This document shows, piece after piece, positions 37,231-50,374 of a stretch of 64,000 nucleotides of DNA (positions are counted from its first letter, which is position 1; each line of letters begins with the position of its first letter). A model generated the notes under the pieces. That model was not told the DNA's origin and did not search any database. It was given only the letters and a program-made list of their open reading frames with translations. The stretch covers positions 28,396,001-28,460,000 of the forward strand of contig OZ336886.1 in NCBI GenBank assembly GCA_965287045.1, given 5' to 3'. The DNA comes from Carcharhinus amblyrhynchos. Lineage: Eukaryota. The translations under genes were made by a program, and so were the position numbers.

Positions 37231-38052
37231 GTAGTTTTTTTATTGTTTACAGAAACAAATTTCTCCTTTAACCTCTGGGATACTGCAGCTTCTATATTGT
37301 AGCATGTAAAAAAACCACAGGTTCTCAATAGTTTTAGTTTTACTGACAGTCCTTTAGGGATATAATCCTGGAAAACTGGTGCCCTGCGTTATCTACAGTG
37401 GGAACAATCCGATTTATTCTAACGATATTCCTTACTTGAACCACCCTTTCATAAAGCCTTTTATATTGTATCTAACCTAAGACCCAGAGTGTGAAAATGA
37501 ATTCTCCTAATCTTCTTCTAAGCAGTATTCCCAAATGTAATGATTTTCATCTTGTTTCCCTGCAGAATGCATACCATGGAAAAGGAAAGCCTCAGGAAAT
37601 TAAAGAGAAGCTAAAAACCTTAATGACATCATTTCATAACATTCATTATTCCCATATCTATTCTGTTTCCTTGTTTTAATTAGCTGATATCCAGCTGCAG
37701 AACAAGACTTTACTCAGTGGGATGCATCAGAAAGCAGAGTTTGCTCTGAAATAATTGCCCCCGACATTGATTTCTGTTTTAAAAAATCAAGTTGCTAATA
37801 TTACACAGAAAGAGAAAGTCTGGCAGCTGCCTACCAAAGCACAACAGGCTTTCTGTTGAACAGTTTCATTCACTTGGTTAATCACTGTTTGTCAGTGGTA
37901 ATATAATAAACTGTGTAAACTGTATTCTAGCACCATTGTTCAATTTGAATAGAATACTGTAAAAAAAATGCCATAACAATTCCCAAACTAACAGGGTCTA
38001 CAGACAGGAATTACAGCTCTTGAGTTTGAAGTTCGAAAGTTGTAAATATTTG

Positions 38053-38243
38053 ATAGCCATGATATGGAGATGCTGGCGTTGGACTGAGGTAAACACAATA
38101 AGAGGTCAACACCAGGTGAAAGTCCAACAGGCTTACTTGGAGCACTCTCCTTCATCGCTCACCTAATGAAGAAGTGCTCCAAAGCTCATCATTCCAAATA
38201 AACCTGTTGGACTCTAACCTGGTGTTGTGAGGCCTCTTACTGC
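38053..38243. mobile_element. Palindromic Penelope-type mini-element with 9-bp flanking direct repeat
   Basis: aaatatttg flanks both sides (38044-38052, 38244-38252). Internal inverted arms are caacaccaggtgaaagtccaacagg and cctgttggactctaacctggtgttg. Decayed hammerhead core cacctaatgaagaagtgctccaaagct. Confidence 0.75.
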
Positions 38244-38954
38244 AAATATTTGCAAATGGCTTAACTTAGAAACTGGGAGGTGGCAGACACAAGAGCTCTG
38301 GGGGAGATTTAACACCTTGTCGAGCCCATTTTGTCAGCATTGACTGAATGTAACAAAAAACAGATATGACACCCTGCTGTCAAAGGCGATGTGAACTATT
38401 GGGCCACTTTTCAAACGTTCTTGCTAGTTACCCGAAACAAGTATTAATTAACCTTACACGTATAAATGAACGGATTAATGCCTGTGTTAGGCCCCATCTG
38501 CAAAGTCTGTAGTGATCATCCCACAACACCTGGCAAGGGACAACTTCTTGTGTGGCGCTTGCGGAGGACTTGGCCTTTCCAGAATCAGATCACTCAGTCT
38601 TCAAAGGAAGTGCAGCAGTCAATCTCGTCTCGCCTCACCAAAACTCTGAAGCTGCATTCTTATCATCTCTCGCAACTGGAAAGATACAAATCATTAGATC
38701 TCATCTACCGCATACGATTGTAGATAAGTGGAGGAGGCACTGGACCTGCTCCCGTAGAGATTCCTATGTTGTCATAGAAACATTGAAACTAGAAACAGGA
38801 GCAGGCCATTCGTCCCTTCGAGCCTGCTCTGTCATTCATTTTGATCATGGCTGGTCATTGAAAAATGAGGTCCAGTTCTACCCCTAGTGCATGTCGTTGT
38901 CTGTTTCTCTGGTTCTTGCATTTCTTCTTTCAAAAGGCTGTCTCAGTTTCATTT

Positions 38955-39290
38955 TATTCATCTGTGGGACATGGGCATCACTGGCTGGCCAGCATTTATT
39001 GCCCAGAGGGCAGTTGAGAGTCAACCACATTGCTGTGGTTCTGGAATCACTTGTAGGCCAGACCTGATAAGGATGGCAGCTTTCCTTCCCTGAAGGCCAT
39101 CAGTGAACCTAATGAGTTTTATGGATAATGAACAATGGTTACTTGGTCATTAGTAGATTCTTAATTCCAAATTTTTTCTTTGAATTCAAATTCTACCATC
39201 TGCCATGGTGAGATTTGAACTTGGGTCCCCAAACATTAGCTGATTTTCTGGATTAAATAGTCTCGCAATAATACAGCTAGGCCATCGCCT
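38955..39290 (-). mobile_element. tRNA-derived SINE, family B, near full length
   Basis: Reverse strand gives aggcgatggcctagctgtattatt...agactattt...gttcaaatctcaccatggcagatgg...gggcaataaatgctggccagccagtgatgcccatgtcccacagatgaataaa. Confidence 0.8.
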
Positions 39291-39331
39291 CAGCAATGGC
39301 TGCCTTGATGCTTTTTTATTCAGCTACACTT

Positions 39332-39640
39332 CATAGAATCATGGAATCCCTACAGTGTGGAAGGAGGCCATTTGGCCCATTGAGCCTGCCGGGCAACAAT
39401 CCCACCCAGGCCCTATCTCCATAACATTTACCCTGCTAATCCACCTGACATTAAAGGACAATTTAGCAAAACCAATCAACCTAATCCACACATCTTTAGA
39501 GTGTAGGAAGAAAGCGGAGGACCCGGAGGAAACCCACGCAGGCACGGAGAGAATGTGCAAACTCCACACAGACCCAAAGCTGGAATTGAACACAGGTCTC
39601 TAGCACTGTGAGGCAGCACTACTAACCGCTGTGTCACCCA
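39332..39640 (-). mobile_element. HE1-type V-SINE
   Basis: Head, V-domain and tail. Confidence 0.92.
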
Positions 39641-39844
39641 CTTCAGCAGTCCCACCACCCAACCTCCCCGCCAGCCAATTAGAAGCTTCCTGCACGGTGA
39701 GGTCATGACCTAGCCAAGAGTATTGGTATGCGGATTTATATTTGTCTGAAGTTTTATTTGCTTTTTATTTAAATTTCATTTTTTTTGTTTCTGATTCACT
39801 TTCTCGTTTGATTCCTATTTACTTTGAGTGACTGATTAACTAAT

Positions 39845-40884
39845 GTGACTAGTGGAGTGCCTCAGGGGTTGGTGCTGGGGCCTCAGCTATTTACCATTTA
39901 TATAGATGATCTGGAGGAGGGAACCGAGTGTATGGTGTCGAAATTTGCTGATGACACCAAGATTGGCGGAACGGCAAATTGCGCGGAGGGTGTGGAGAGT
40001 CTGCAGAAGGATCTAGATAGGCTGGGCGAATGGGCCAGGAAATGGCAAATGGAATTTAATGTTGGCAAGTGTGAGGTGGTCCACTTTGGTAGGAAGAATG
40101 GTAGGAAGGACTATTACTTACGTGGCGAAAAACTGCAGCAGGCGACGGTGCAGAGGGACCTCGGGGTCCTTGTGCATGAGTCGCAAAAACCCAGCTTGCA
40201 GGTGCAGCAGGTGGTCAGGAAGGCGAATGGGATGCTGGCCTTCATAGCGAGGGGGATTGAATATAAAAGTAGGGAGGTCTTGCTGCAGCTGTATAGGGCA
40301 TTGGTGAGGCCGCAGCTGGAGTACTGTGTGCAGTTTTGGGCGCCGCACCTGTGCAAGGATATTTTGGCCCTGGAGGGAGTGCAGAGGAGGTTTACTAGGC
40401 TGATACCGGAGTTGAGGGGGTTGAGCTATGAGGAGAGGCTGAATAAACTAGGCTTGTACTCGCTAGAGTTTAGAAGAATGAGGGGAGATCTCATTGAGAC
40501 GTATAAGATGATGAATGGGATGGATAGGATAGAGGTGGAGAGACTCTTCCCGCTCAAAAAAGACAGTAGGACTAGGGGGCACAGCCTCAAGATAAAGGGG
40601 AGGCGGTTTAGAACGGAGTTGAGGAGGAACTTCTTCACTCAAAGGGTGGTGAATCTCTGGAATTCTCTGCCCGTTGAAGTGGTGGAGGCTGCCTCGCTAA
40701 ATATTTTTAAGAAGCGGGTTGATGGGTTTTTGATAAGAGAGGGGATTAAGGGTTATGGGGAGAGGGCGGGAAAGTGGAACTGAGCCACGACAGATCAGCC
40801 ATGATCTTATTGAATGGCGGGGCAGGCTCGAGGGGCTAGATGGCCTACTCCTGCTCCTATTTCTTATGTTCTTATGTTCTTATG
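39845..40884 (+). mobile_element. Young 5'-truncated CR1 LINE, first copy of a tandem pair
   Basis: Uninterrupted 312-aa ORF2 C-terminus (VTSGVPQGLVLGPQLF..SKFADDTKIG..), full 3' UTR and (ttcttatg)3 tail. Confidence 0.97.
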
Positions 40885-41768
40885 AGTCTGCAGAAGGATT
40901 TAGATAGGCTGGGCGAATGGGCCAGGAACTGGCAAATGGAATTTAATGTTGGCAAGTGCGAGGTGGTCCACTTTGGTAGGAATAATGGTAGGAAGGATTA
41001 TTACTTACGTGGCGAAAAACTGCAGCAGGCGACGGTGCAGAGGGACCTCGGGGTCCTTGTGCATGAGTTGCAAAAACCCAGCCTGCAGGTGCAGCAGGTG
41101 GTCAGGAAGGCGAATGGGATGCTGGCCTTCATAGCAACGGGGATTGAATATAAAAGTAGGGAGGTCTTGCTGCGACTATATAGGGCATTGGTGAGGCCGC
41201 AGCTGGAGTACTGTGTGCAGTTTTGGGCGCCGTACTTACGCAAGGATATTTTGGCCTTGGAGGGAGTGCAGAGGAGGTTTACTAGGCTGATGCCGGCGTT
41301 GAGGGGGGTTGAGCTATGAGGAGAGGCTGAATAAACTAGGCTTGTACTCGTTAGAGTTTAGAAGAATGAGGGGAGATCTCATTGAGACGTATAAGATGAT
41401 GAATGGGATGGATAGGATAGAGGTGGAGAGACTCTTCCCGCTCAGAAAGGACAGTAGGACTAGGGGGCACAGCCTCAAGATAAAGGGGGGGCGGTTTAGA
41501 ACGGAGTTGAGGAAGAACTTCTTCACTCAAAGGGTGGTGAATCTCTGGAATTCTCTGCCCGTTGAAGTGGTGGAGGCTGCCTCGCTAAATATTTTTAAGA
41601 CGCGGGTTGATGGGTTTTTGATAAGAGAGGGGATTAAGGGTTATGGGGAGAGGGCGGGAATGTGGAACTGAGCCACGACAGATCAGCCATGATCTTATTG
41701 AATGGCAGGGCAGGCTCGAAGGGCTAGATGGCCTACTCCTGCTCCTATTTCTTATGTTCTTATGTTCT
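40885..41768 (+). mobile_element. Young 5'-truncated CR1 LINE, second copy of the tandem pair
   Basis: Starts at agtctgcagaagg directly after the first copy's tail. Has one +1 frameshift in the G-run near 41305 and the same tail. Confidence 0.97.
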
Positions 41769-42569
41769 AATACGTAGTAATAAAACTCTCTCTTTGTTAC
41801 CTATGAGCAGCAGAGCAGTCGATATTCTAATTGGACCTTTTTGTTTCTTTAGTGAAATTCTTTCCTTACATAAGAAACCTAAAAATGGTGCCAGGAAAAT
41901 GATAAGAGAAGATGCCAGTTCTCATGGCTCTTGGCGTTGCCTCACTATTTCCATCCTCAAAAGTATTGTGTTCTATATGAATTTTAACTCAGAGGGTTAC
42001 GTAAATGCTTTCCTTAGATATAAACTTAAATAAAATGAACTATTGTTGGAACGGAACTAACCACCCGCAGAAGCCACGGAAACACTATTTTTGAATGGAG
42101 TACTATTCATATTTCATCGCAAAATTTATTTATGGAAGATCATACTTAATGTCGAAAGTATAAAGAGAGAGAGTCCATTTACTAAAAAAAATAACTTTGG
42201 GACATATCTTTCTAGGTGTTCAAGGTTCACAAAGAATCTTATATGGTTAGCACATAAAAATCCTGTGCTTATTGCTGTGTCTGGAAACTACTTGCAAGGT
42301 CTCATGATAGTATGAATGATGTATTTATTGGCTAAATTAGAAAAATGGTGAGTCATGATGTTCCAACAAAGTGGCTAAAATCATTCACATTGAACTTAAG
42401 TGGTTGAAAGTTCAGGTCCCAGAAGTGGCTAGCATTCCAACCTGATGAGCGAAGTGGACTGAATTTCAAATGTTTCAGCTGGCATTCCCTTTGACTGGAG
42501 TCCTGAAGCTGAAACAATATGAAAGGTTACAGTTACCCAACACTGGAATTTGTTAACTAGACAGGTTAA

Positions 42570-42822
42570 GTAGTTAGCACTGCTGCTTCACAGCACCAGG
42601 GACCCGGGTTCAATTCCAGCCTCGGGTCGCTGTCTGTGTGGAGTTTGCACGTTCTCCCCGTGTCTGCGTGTGTTTCCCCCAGGTGCTCCGGTTTCCTCCC
42701 ACACTCTGGTTAGAGGCTCTGAACAGAACAGATGCCAGATTGTGGTAACTGGGGGAATTTCACATTAACTTCACTGCGGTGTGAAGGTAGGCCTTAGTTG
42801 TGATTTATAAACAAATTTTAAC
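42570..42822 (+). mobile_element. V-SINE with alternative tail
   Basis: Head and V-domain, then gaacagatgccagattgtggtaact...aacttcactgcggtgt...ataaacaaa. Confidence 0.85.
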
Positions 42823-42962
42823 TTTAAATTAATTAAATTTTAATCTAAATTAAAATAGGTGTTAACTTGCTGTTTAGGAATGGTTGTGCAGTTGTGATCA
42901 TTGGAATCTAAGTTGAGTTTGAGTTTGAACAATGTCAGCCCTAGACTGGCCAGTGATACAAT

Positions 42963-43870
42963 GGGGGGGCGGGGGGAGGAGTTCTGCCAGCGTTCACCAC
43001 AGGCCAACATGGCAACACCGGCGCAAAATCCCATGAGAGCATGGGAACGTGAATCTCGGTGACAAGATCTTGTTCTCTAATTTATCCTGTCTCTCTCTGC
43101 TGATGTAATGAGGGTCCTGCATTTAAATTTATCTTAATAAATTAGCATGTGGTTAAAGGGTTTCCCTGCCATATGTTCCTCCACCCCCCCCACCAACCAC
43201 GCCCCCCCGCCCCCCCCCCAGTACAACATTTCCCCCATTTGGCGAGGTTTATGTCAGGTATTTACAAATGTGGAACAGTCAAGGGGAACCCACAAAGATA
43301 GGTACAGTCCCCAGGGAAGCAATGCCCTGGCACTGCCCGTGTGGCACCGTGGCACTGACAGGTGACAGTGCCAGGGTAGGCCCTTTGGGGAGTTCCATTG
43401 CGGAGGTTCCTTTACATTGTGTGGAGTATTGCCCCTCTGCTTGCTTGTTGCAGAGGGAGATGGTGTTACCCTGGTGCTTGTGTGCGGTGGGGGCTGGGCA
43501 GGGGTTGCCTTGGTGCTTGTGATGGAGGTGGGGAGGTGGTGCTTCCCTGGTGCTTGTCTGAGGGAGGTTGCCTCAATGCTTATGGGGGCATGGGGCAGGG
43601 GTAGAGGGGGATGGGTATTGTATTAATACAGTTTGGGGTGCTCCTTAAAGATGGCACCTCTGTGGAGTCAGTGTTGCCAGCCTTTCAGTCCCTGCCCCAC
43701 TGACATGGCAGAAAAAACCATGCCCCTGCCCCCTCCAGCTTTTCTGTGCACAGAGTGCCAGAGGACCTGGTGAGAAAGCGTGGCTGTACAGCTGGAAAGC
43801 TACATGCCAGTTGTCTTACCCCAGCCAGGATCTCTGTACATTGAGTCAAAATACCACTTAATGAAGCTAA
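42963..43870. mobile_element. Decayed non-autonomous Harbinger-like element
   Basis: GC-rich block with gcatttaaat and taaagatggcacc subterminal motifs like those at about 33815 and 18515. Ends are not crisp. Confidence 0.4.
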
Positions 43871-43874
43871 AATA

Positions 43875-44093
43875 ATTAGCCGCAGTTCACAACGAACCAT
43901 AGGCATCTTTCTCCATTAAATAGAGACAATTGGTTATGTAGCATGAAGTGTATTACGCCACATCAAGCTATGGGACAAGGCAAGGGGACATGCCTCCATG
44001 AGCTACACAGCCAGCGCTGTGATTGAACCCATGCTGTTGGTGGTATTCTGCAGCGTACTCTAGCCATCTAGCCGACTGTGCTGAACAACCCCC
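43875..44093 (-). mobile_element. tRNA-derived SINE, a fourth family
   Basis: Reverse strand gggggttgttcagcacagtcggctaga (A box)...catgggttcaatcac (B box)...gcctatggttcgttgtgaactgcggctaatt. Confidence 0.6.
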
Positions 44094-44497
44094 TGATGCT
44101 GAAACCACCTGCTTAATAATTTAAGATTATATTTTGAGACAGAAGGTAAAGATGAAATATTCACAGTGAACAAAGGAGGGTGACGACATGATCTTCTTGA
44201 GATGGAAAAATATGACTGGTATATTTTCATTGAATAAATTAAGTCCTGAGTTGAAACATCCTGTTGATATTTCTATTAATGTCACTAGCTAATGATGATA
44301 ACTGCTGGAATTGCTTATAGCACCATTGGGTAGGTCAAGCACTTATTACCAGTGACCCACGTGGAAATTGCCATACGAAATTATTTACTTCATACCTAAA
44401 CTTCATAACATGAGGATAGGAATTTACAATTTTTCAACATAAAAAAAATTAATTATATGAAACGACAGATTCTGCAATCAAAAGTTGTCATCCAGTC

Positions 44498-44833
44498 TTA
44501 GAATCCCTGCAGTACAGAAGCAAGCCATTCGGCCCATTGAGTGTGCACTGACTCTCCGCCAGAGCTTCTCACTCAGGCCCTTTCCATCTAACTCCAAGCA
44601 TTTTCCCTGTTAACCCCCTACCTACACACCCTGGGACACTAAGGGGCACTTTAGTATGGCCAATCCACCCAACCAGCATGTCTTTTGGACTGTGGGAGCA
44701 CCCAGAAGAAACTCACGCAGATACAGAGTGAACATGCAAATTCTGCACAGAGAGTGACCCAAGCTGGGAATCAAATCCGGGTCCCTGGTACTGTGAAGCA
44801 GCAGTGCCAACTACTGTGCCACCATGCCGCCCT
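44498..44833 (-). mobile_element. HE1-type V-SINE
   Basis: Head, V-domain and tail. Confidence 0.9.
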
Positions 44834-45679
44834 GTATAGCTGCTTCTCACACATTCTCCTGTGATATGTGAAATGCTCACATCCCGTACGCGTTAGAGTC
44901 TTATAATTAATTCCTTTCAAACTATGTGCCTAATCCTGTTTATTATTTGATGCGAAAATGAAGGAGTCCCGAGTTTTAAGAAAACAATCAGTTTTTAATT
45001 TGCATGAAATTGCAATCAATTTGTAGGAGAGGGCAGCTAACTTAAATATGGATTGTCTGATTCAAAACTGTAGGAATGCAGTGTGCCTGTGAAAATTATC
45101 CTGTGTGACCAAATTGTCGCCTTCCTTTCCTCAGACTTATTCGGCTTTTTAATGTTACATAAAAGAATTGATACTCAAGTGAGCTGCCTCTGTCTATTTG
45201 GAGCAGATTACTCATGAATAAGACACAATGGTAAATAAGGGAGAAACAAAGAGAAGAACATGAGGGGTATAAGTAACAAACGGTTATTTTATTTCATACG
45301 CAAAAAAGTCATGTGAGATGTAAAATGCATATATCCAATTTTACAAAAACACATGTTCAAATCTCCATGCATCACATTAACAAAGGATATTGTAATCCAA
45401 TAAAGTTGATTGAAAGATCAGTAACTTTAATGTGTGACCGATGCGCAACTGGGAGGAAACAAAAATAATTGTGTACACAAAAGCAGGGCAGGCAAACAGT
45501 GACTCCTTGAGATTGTAGCCTGTGGTTATGTAAAAGCACCTACAACATATTGTAGTAAATCCTGTGTTATTAAGCTAAAAGGTAGTCTGTCTACGTGCCA
45601 CGCATACTTTCTTAGTTTAAGTACTTAACAGAAGGTCACATTTTTCAAAGAAACCTATTGCTACAATTGCTTACAATAA

Positions 45680-46480
45680 TTACTTATATTTATATAGTAG
45701 CTTCAATGAAATAAAAATGTCCCAAGGGACTTCACAGGAACGTTATAAAACAAAATAAGGCACTAAGTCACGTCAGGAGATATTTGGTCAGTTGATCAAA
45801 AGCTTGGTCATAGGTTTTAAGATGTGCCCTAAGGCAGGAAAGTGAGGTAGAGGGTGGAGAGATTTAAGAAGGGAATGAAGGCAATGACACCTGTGATGGA
45901 GTGATTAAAACTGGGGCTGCTCAAGAGGCCAGAATTAGGGGAAAATATTTCCCGGAGGGTCGTGGTCTAGAGGAAATTACAGAGATAGGGAGGGAGGGGT
46001 GAAACCATGGAGGGTTTGGAAAATGAGGCTCAGAATTCTAAATTCAAGACATTGCTTGACCAGAAGCCAATATCGGCCAGCGAGCTCAGGAGTGAAGGAG
46101 AAAAGGAACCTGGCATGAGTTAAGATGTGGAAAGCAGTATTTTAGTTGACCTCAAGTTAATAGAAATTGAATATGAGAGAGCAGCCAAGAGTGCGTAGGG
46201 ACAATTAAGTCTAAAGGTTACAAAGGCACGGATAACAAGCTTTTCAGCAACAGATGAGCTGAGGCAGGGGTGAAGTCAGGCGATGTTATGAGGTGGAAGG
46301 GGTCTTACTGATAGCACAAGTATGTGCTCAGAAGCTCACCTTGGGGCCAAATACAACATCAAAGTTGAGAACAGACTGGTTTAATCTCAGACGGTTGCCA
46401 AGGAGAAGGATAGAGTCTATAGCTAGGGAAGAGATTTTACAGTGAGATTTGAAAACAATGTGATTCAGTCTTCCCAACAT
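45680..46480 (-). mobile_element. L2 LINE 3' fragment
   Basis: The L2-type end ...gtgaagtcccttgggacatt...gaagctactatataaatataagta and the decayed ORF motif LNQSVLNFDVVFGPKVSF..H...ISKT..FHL.NIA.L are on the minus strand. Confidence 0.8.
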
Positions 46481-47591
46481 TTACACAGAGGCCTTTTGTT
46501 TTAGTGTAAATGCCAGAGAATTTCTATAGAGGCCTCTAACTCTAACTTCAGTGGGATCCCTGGACAAACACCATAAATGGTCATTTTCATTTATTTACGA
46601 TGTTTCTTCAAGGGTATCGATAAAACAAGTCTTTGAAAATGTAAAGTTTTCAACTGTACATTGCAGGATTATCCTGTGCTGTATGTGTACGGATTGGGCA
46701 AAATCAGCTTGGGCCAATAGTCAATGTGTATCAGATTGCATCATTTAGTAACATTGGGCCATTCATTTAGTACTGTTGGACAGTTTTACCTTGCACCAGG
46801 TCTCTTAAAGTATTTTTGCCTTCTGCACTTGTTCTTGAGTCCTCCAGGTATTTCACACAGTATTACATCTGTCTGCCACCTTCTGTCAGGCATGTTGCAC
46901 TGTTGCCCCGAATGCCAATCAGGACAGCCAACAAAAATATTTCAGCATTTCTAAAAGCTGGAAGACATCTTGCCCTTGTCCACTTATGTTAAAGTGGCTG
47001 TATCCTTTTAAATTATTCCCACAAGGTTACAGGGAAAATGTTATTTTCAGTAAAGTTCTGAAGCAAGGTCAGGTCTTTCCACTGCTGATTGCTGTGCTCA
47101 CCACAATGCCAAGGCTACCTCATTAACCCTCTAGCCCATTTCTGTTTGTGAATTATTTTGCTTTTATTAATCACTCAGTGTACACTTGAATAAATTATTG
47201 ATTTTTACGCATAGTGATTGCATGTTCCTTTTGCTTGTGTGTTTTATTTGGATTTCTTGCTGTTGAAAATTAAATAAAGTTTGAAAATAAATTAAAAATA
47301 CTGTTCAAAGTTTCTCATGATGGCACTTTCCTGGCAATGTTATTATGATTGTGATAATAAAGACATTTATAATTATGAAATTATTCCAGAAATATAACAC
47401 AAGTTCCAAAACAATTCTCAAGAATTGAAAGTACACCATTAGCCTTCACAAACTTTTATCTTTTTATCAGAGATTAACTCAAAACCTTTTACCATATCCA
47501 TCATCTCTCTTTCCAAAATACTGTCCAATTGACTTTTGAATCCATTTTTAGTTTCTGCTTGATAAATTATTCCAACGCTTGATTACCCATT

Positions 47592-48854
47592 GGGCAGGAT
47601 TTTATTCTCTCCTGCCAGCGTAACAGAAGCGTTTGGGTTTTGAAATACAACACTACTAAATGTCCTATCTGATTTTCCATAGTTGTGTTACTTTGCCATG
47701 AAGCACTCACTCTGTAGGCTGTCATTTTAGATCAGGTTAGTAAAGGCACCGCACTGAGAAAGCACCGCTATCTTTGAACACCAAACTTATAAAATGCAGC
47801 CTTTGCCCTGCCCTCTTCCTAACTGCATGCCTCTTATCTATCTCCACTTTTCCAAAGAGGTGGCGGAAACGTTAGATGACCCTGCTCCCCCACCCCCTTG
47901 GTCCCATTGAGATCCATAAGCAGCCAATTCAGTGTTTCATTCTGCTTATACTGCTATTTTACACATGGCAGGGGGAGGTTCACATCAGGCAGATAGCGCG
48001 GCAGTTTATAGTCTGCGGGCTCTTTTCAAGTAAGCAAGGCAGGTGGGGGATCTTCCTTTGGGTGAGCCATGTGCCCATTGGAGGCATCTCTCCCTGGATC
48101 ATACCCTTTTAACCCTCCTCTCTCATACTTTCAAACCAGCCCCTCAATCCCATCACTGGAGCCTGCCAGCCTGGCCCTGCTAATACTCCAGATTTCCCTG
48201 TTTCTGGTCTCCATAGACTCTTCCTCTTGCAGGACCGCCTGTAGTCCCAGCAGTGGCCACCACTCAAACCTGGCACTGTTGGGACTACAAAGCTGCCAGT
48301 CAATATGATTGGCTGGTAGCTTTCCATAAGGTGGGATTTCCTCCCAGATGGGAGCTGAGCTCTCGCTCTGGGACAATGAATGGCCTGGCAAGCACAAAAT
48401 CTCATTGAAACTTACAGAATACTGAAAGGCCCAGATAGAGTGGACATGAGAAAATGTTTCCATTAGTAGGAGAGACTAGGATCAGAGGGCACAGCCTCAG
48501 GGAAAAGGGGCAGCTCTACAGAACTGAGATAAGGAGGAACCTCTTCAGCCAGTGGCTGGTAAATCTTGGAATTCATTGCCCCAGAAGACTATGGAGGCCA
48601 GGTCATTGAGTCTATTTAAGACAGCAATAGATAGATTCTTAACTGGTAAAACAATCAAAGATTATGGGGAAAAAGCAGGATAATGGGGTTGAGAAACTTA
48701 TTAACCATGATTGAATGGTGGAACAAACTTGATGGGTTGAACGGCCTAATTCTGCTCCTATATCTTATGGTGTTATGGTCTAAAATTGCTATGGGGAAAC
48801 AAACCTTACTTTAGTGTTGAGGTGGGAAAGATGGTGCCCTGGAAATTTTAGCCC
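47592..48854. mobile_element. Putative non-autonomous Harbinger-like element containing a CR1
   Basis: Ends gggcaggatttta and ggaaattttagccc, flanked by att (47589-47591, 48855-48857). Confidence 0.55.
48400..48782 (+). mobile_element. CR1 3' fragment
   Basis: tctcattgaaacttacagaatactgaaagg...gggcacagcctcag...tatcttatggtgttatggtc. Confidence 0.9.
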
Positions 48855-48944
48855 ATTGGGCAAAAACATTTTGCCTGACTTGCCCTTTTCCTTGATATTT
48901 GGATTATTTGCTATCTTGCTTGTACAGATGCAGTAGTTGGTCAT

Positions 48945-49200
48945 GACACTGAAATCTTCCATTTGATCACCTCAAAGTCCTTCTTCACAAAAAACAATAT
49001 GGATTTCCTTATGCCTTTCTCATCAGTTAAATCCCTGGTATCTGAAATCATTGCTATTGTTTCCCTTGCTACCCTTTCAAGTGCAAGAGTAAACCTCCTA
49101 TGATTAGATAACCAAAACTGCACACAATACTCCAAGTGGACTCTAACCAGCACCTTAATCAGTAACAATATCTAATCCCTTAATGCAACCTAATACCTTC
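48945..49200 (-). mobile_element. Old CR1 fragment
   Basis: ORF 48941-49168 includes KVLVRVHLEYCVQFW. Confidence 0.7.
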
Positions 49201-50102
49201 TGTGGCTTTTATCTGGGGTTTTATCAGGGAGTGGGGTAATAGTTTTGTAGAATTATCTAATTAACCACTGTAGCTTCTAATTTATTTTATCGTGTGTGGT
49301 CAATTTGCTTAAGTCCGCTGGCCCTATAATTTTTTTTCTACGTGGCCACATACACAGTAACTTAGAGGTTGACTTGCACATGGCCTGTAGTGTTGCTGCA
49401 TATCCCCATAACTGTGCTGCTTAGAGGCGACATCGACTGTAGCCCTTTAATCTCTTTTCCAAGTAGTGCTGCTATCGTACTAATTATTTTACACTTAAGC
49501 AACATTAAAAAGTGCATGCCATTTATTTGGCCCATTTAGCTAAATGATATAAATCCTTTCAAACAAAAAGGTTGCGTTCCAAAATCTGCCCCGCATTCAA
49601 TTTTGATATCATCTGCAAATTTGGAGGGTTTACTTGGAATCTTATAATGCTAACAGGATTGAAAGAGCCATTTTGTCCATGAATAGGAAAGGGTTTCAGC
49701 CTGTCATTAGCTCCTTGTCTGTTCCTCTCAGCAGGAAAGCCATTTGACAGCGCTGTAGTTGTGTGCGAGCTGATAAAAAACACTAATGCCTGAATTAACA
49801 CAGGTCTTATTTTGTTCACAGCCAAGTAGCAATTCAGTAACCAAAACATAAGCCAAAACAAGAATATTTAATGACATTAACAACTGCTGACATACTGAAT
49901 TCGAGCTAAGTATCTAACACTAAACCACGCCTTATGTGCGGGCTTTGCATTTTATCTTTTGATTGTTGGTGGCAAAATCCTGGATCTTTTTAATGATTTC
50001 TGGATATCTTACAGATATGGCTGCATCTCTGTATTCTTGTGTTAAAATGATACTGAAAATACTCAGGCATAGTTTTCAGTACTTTCTCCTTTCCATTTCT
50101 GA

Positions 50103-50374
50103 CATAGAACAAAGAACAAAGAACAAAACAGCCCAGGAAACAGGCCCTTCGGCCCAACGAGCCCGTGCCGCCATTTTAATACCACCAGTCCTCCCCTCCA
50201 CCCATGACCCTTATCTAATGTTTTATGGCCATCCACATTGAGGGAAACTAATTTAGGGACAATTTATTACTGCCAATCAGCCTGATAGCACATCTTTGGG
50301 GTGTGGGAGGAAACCGGAGCACCCGGAGAAAACCCACGCAAGCACAGGGAGAATGCGCAAACTCCCACAGTCAC
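50103..50374 (-). mobile_element. 5'-truncated V-SINE with CR1-type (ttctttg)n tail
   Basis: V-domain at 50255-50374; tail gaacaaagaacaaagaac...ggaaacaggcccttcggccc at 50103-50160. Confidence 0.75.

Noticed and set aside
39845-40783. 312-aa RT ORF as a functional or domesticated gene
   Set aside because: It is the C-terminal part of CR1 ORF2 in a 5'-truncated copy, lacking the endonuclease, the RT N-terminus and an ATG start.
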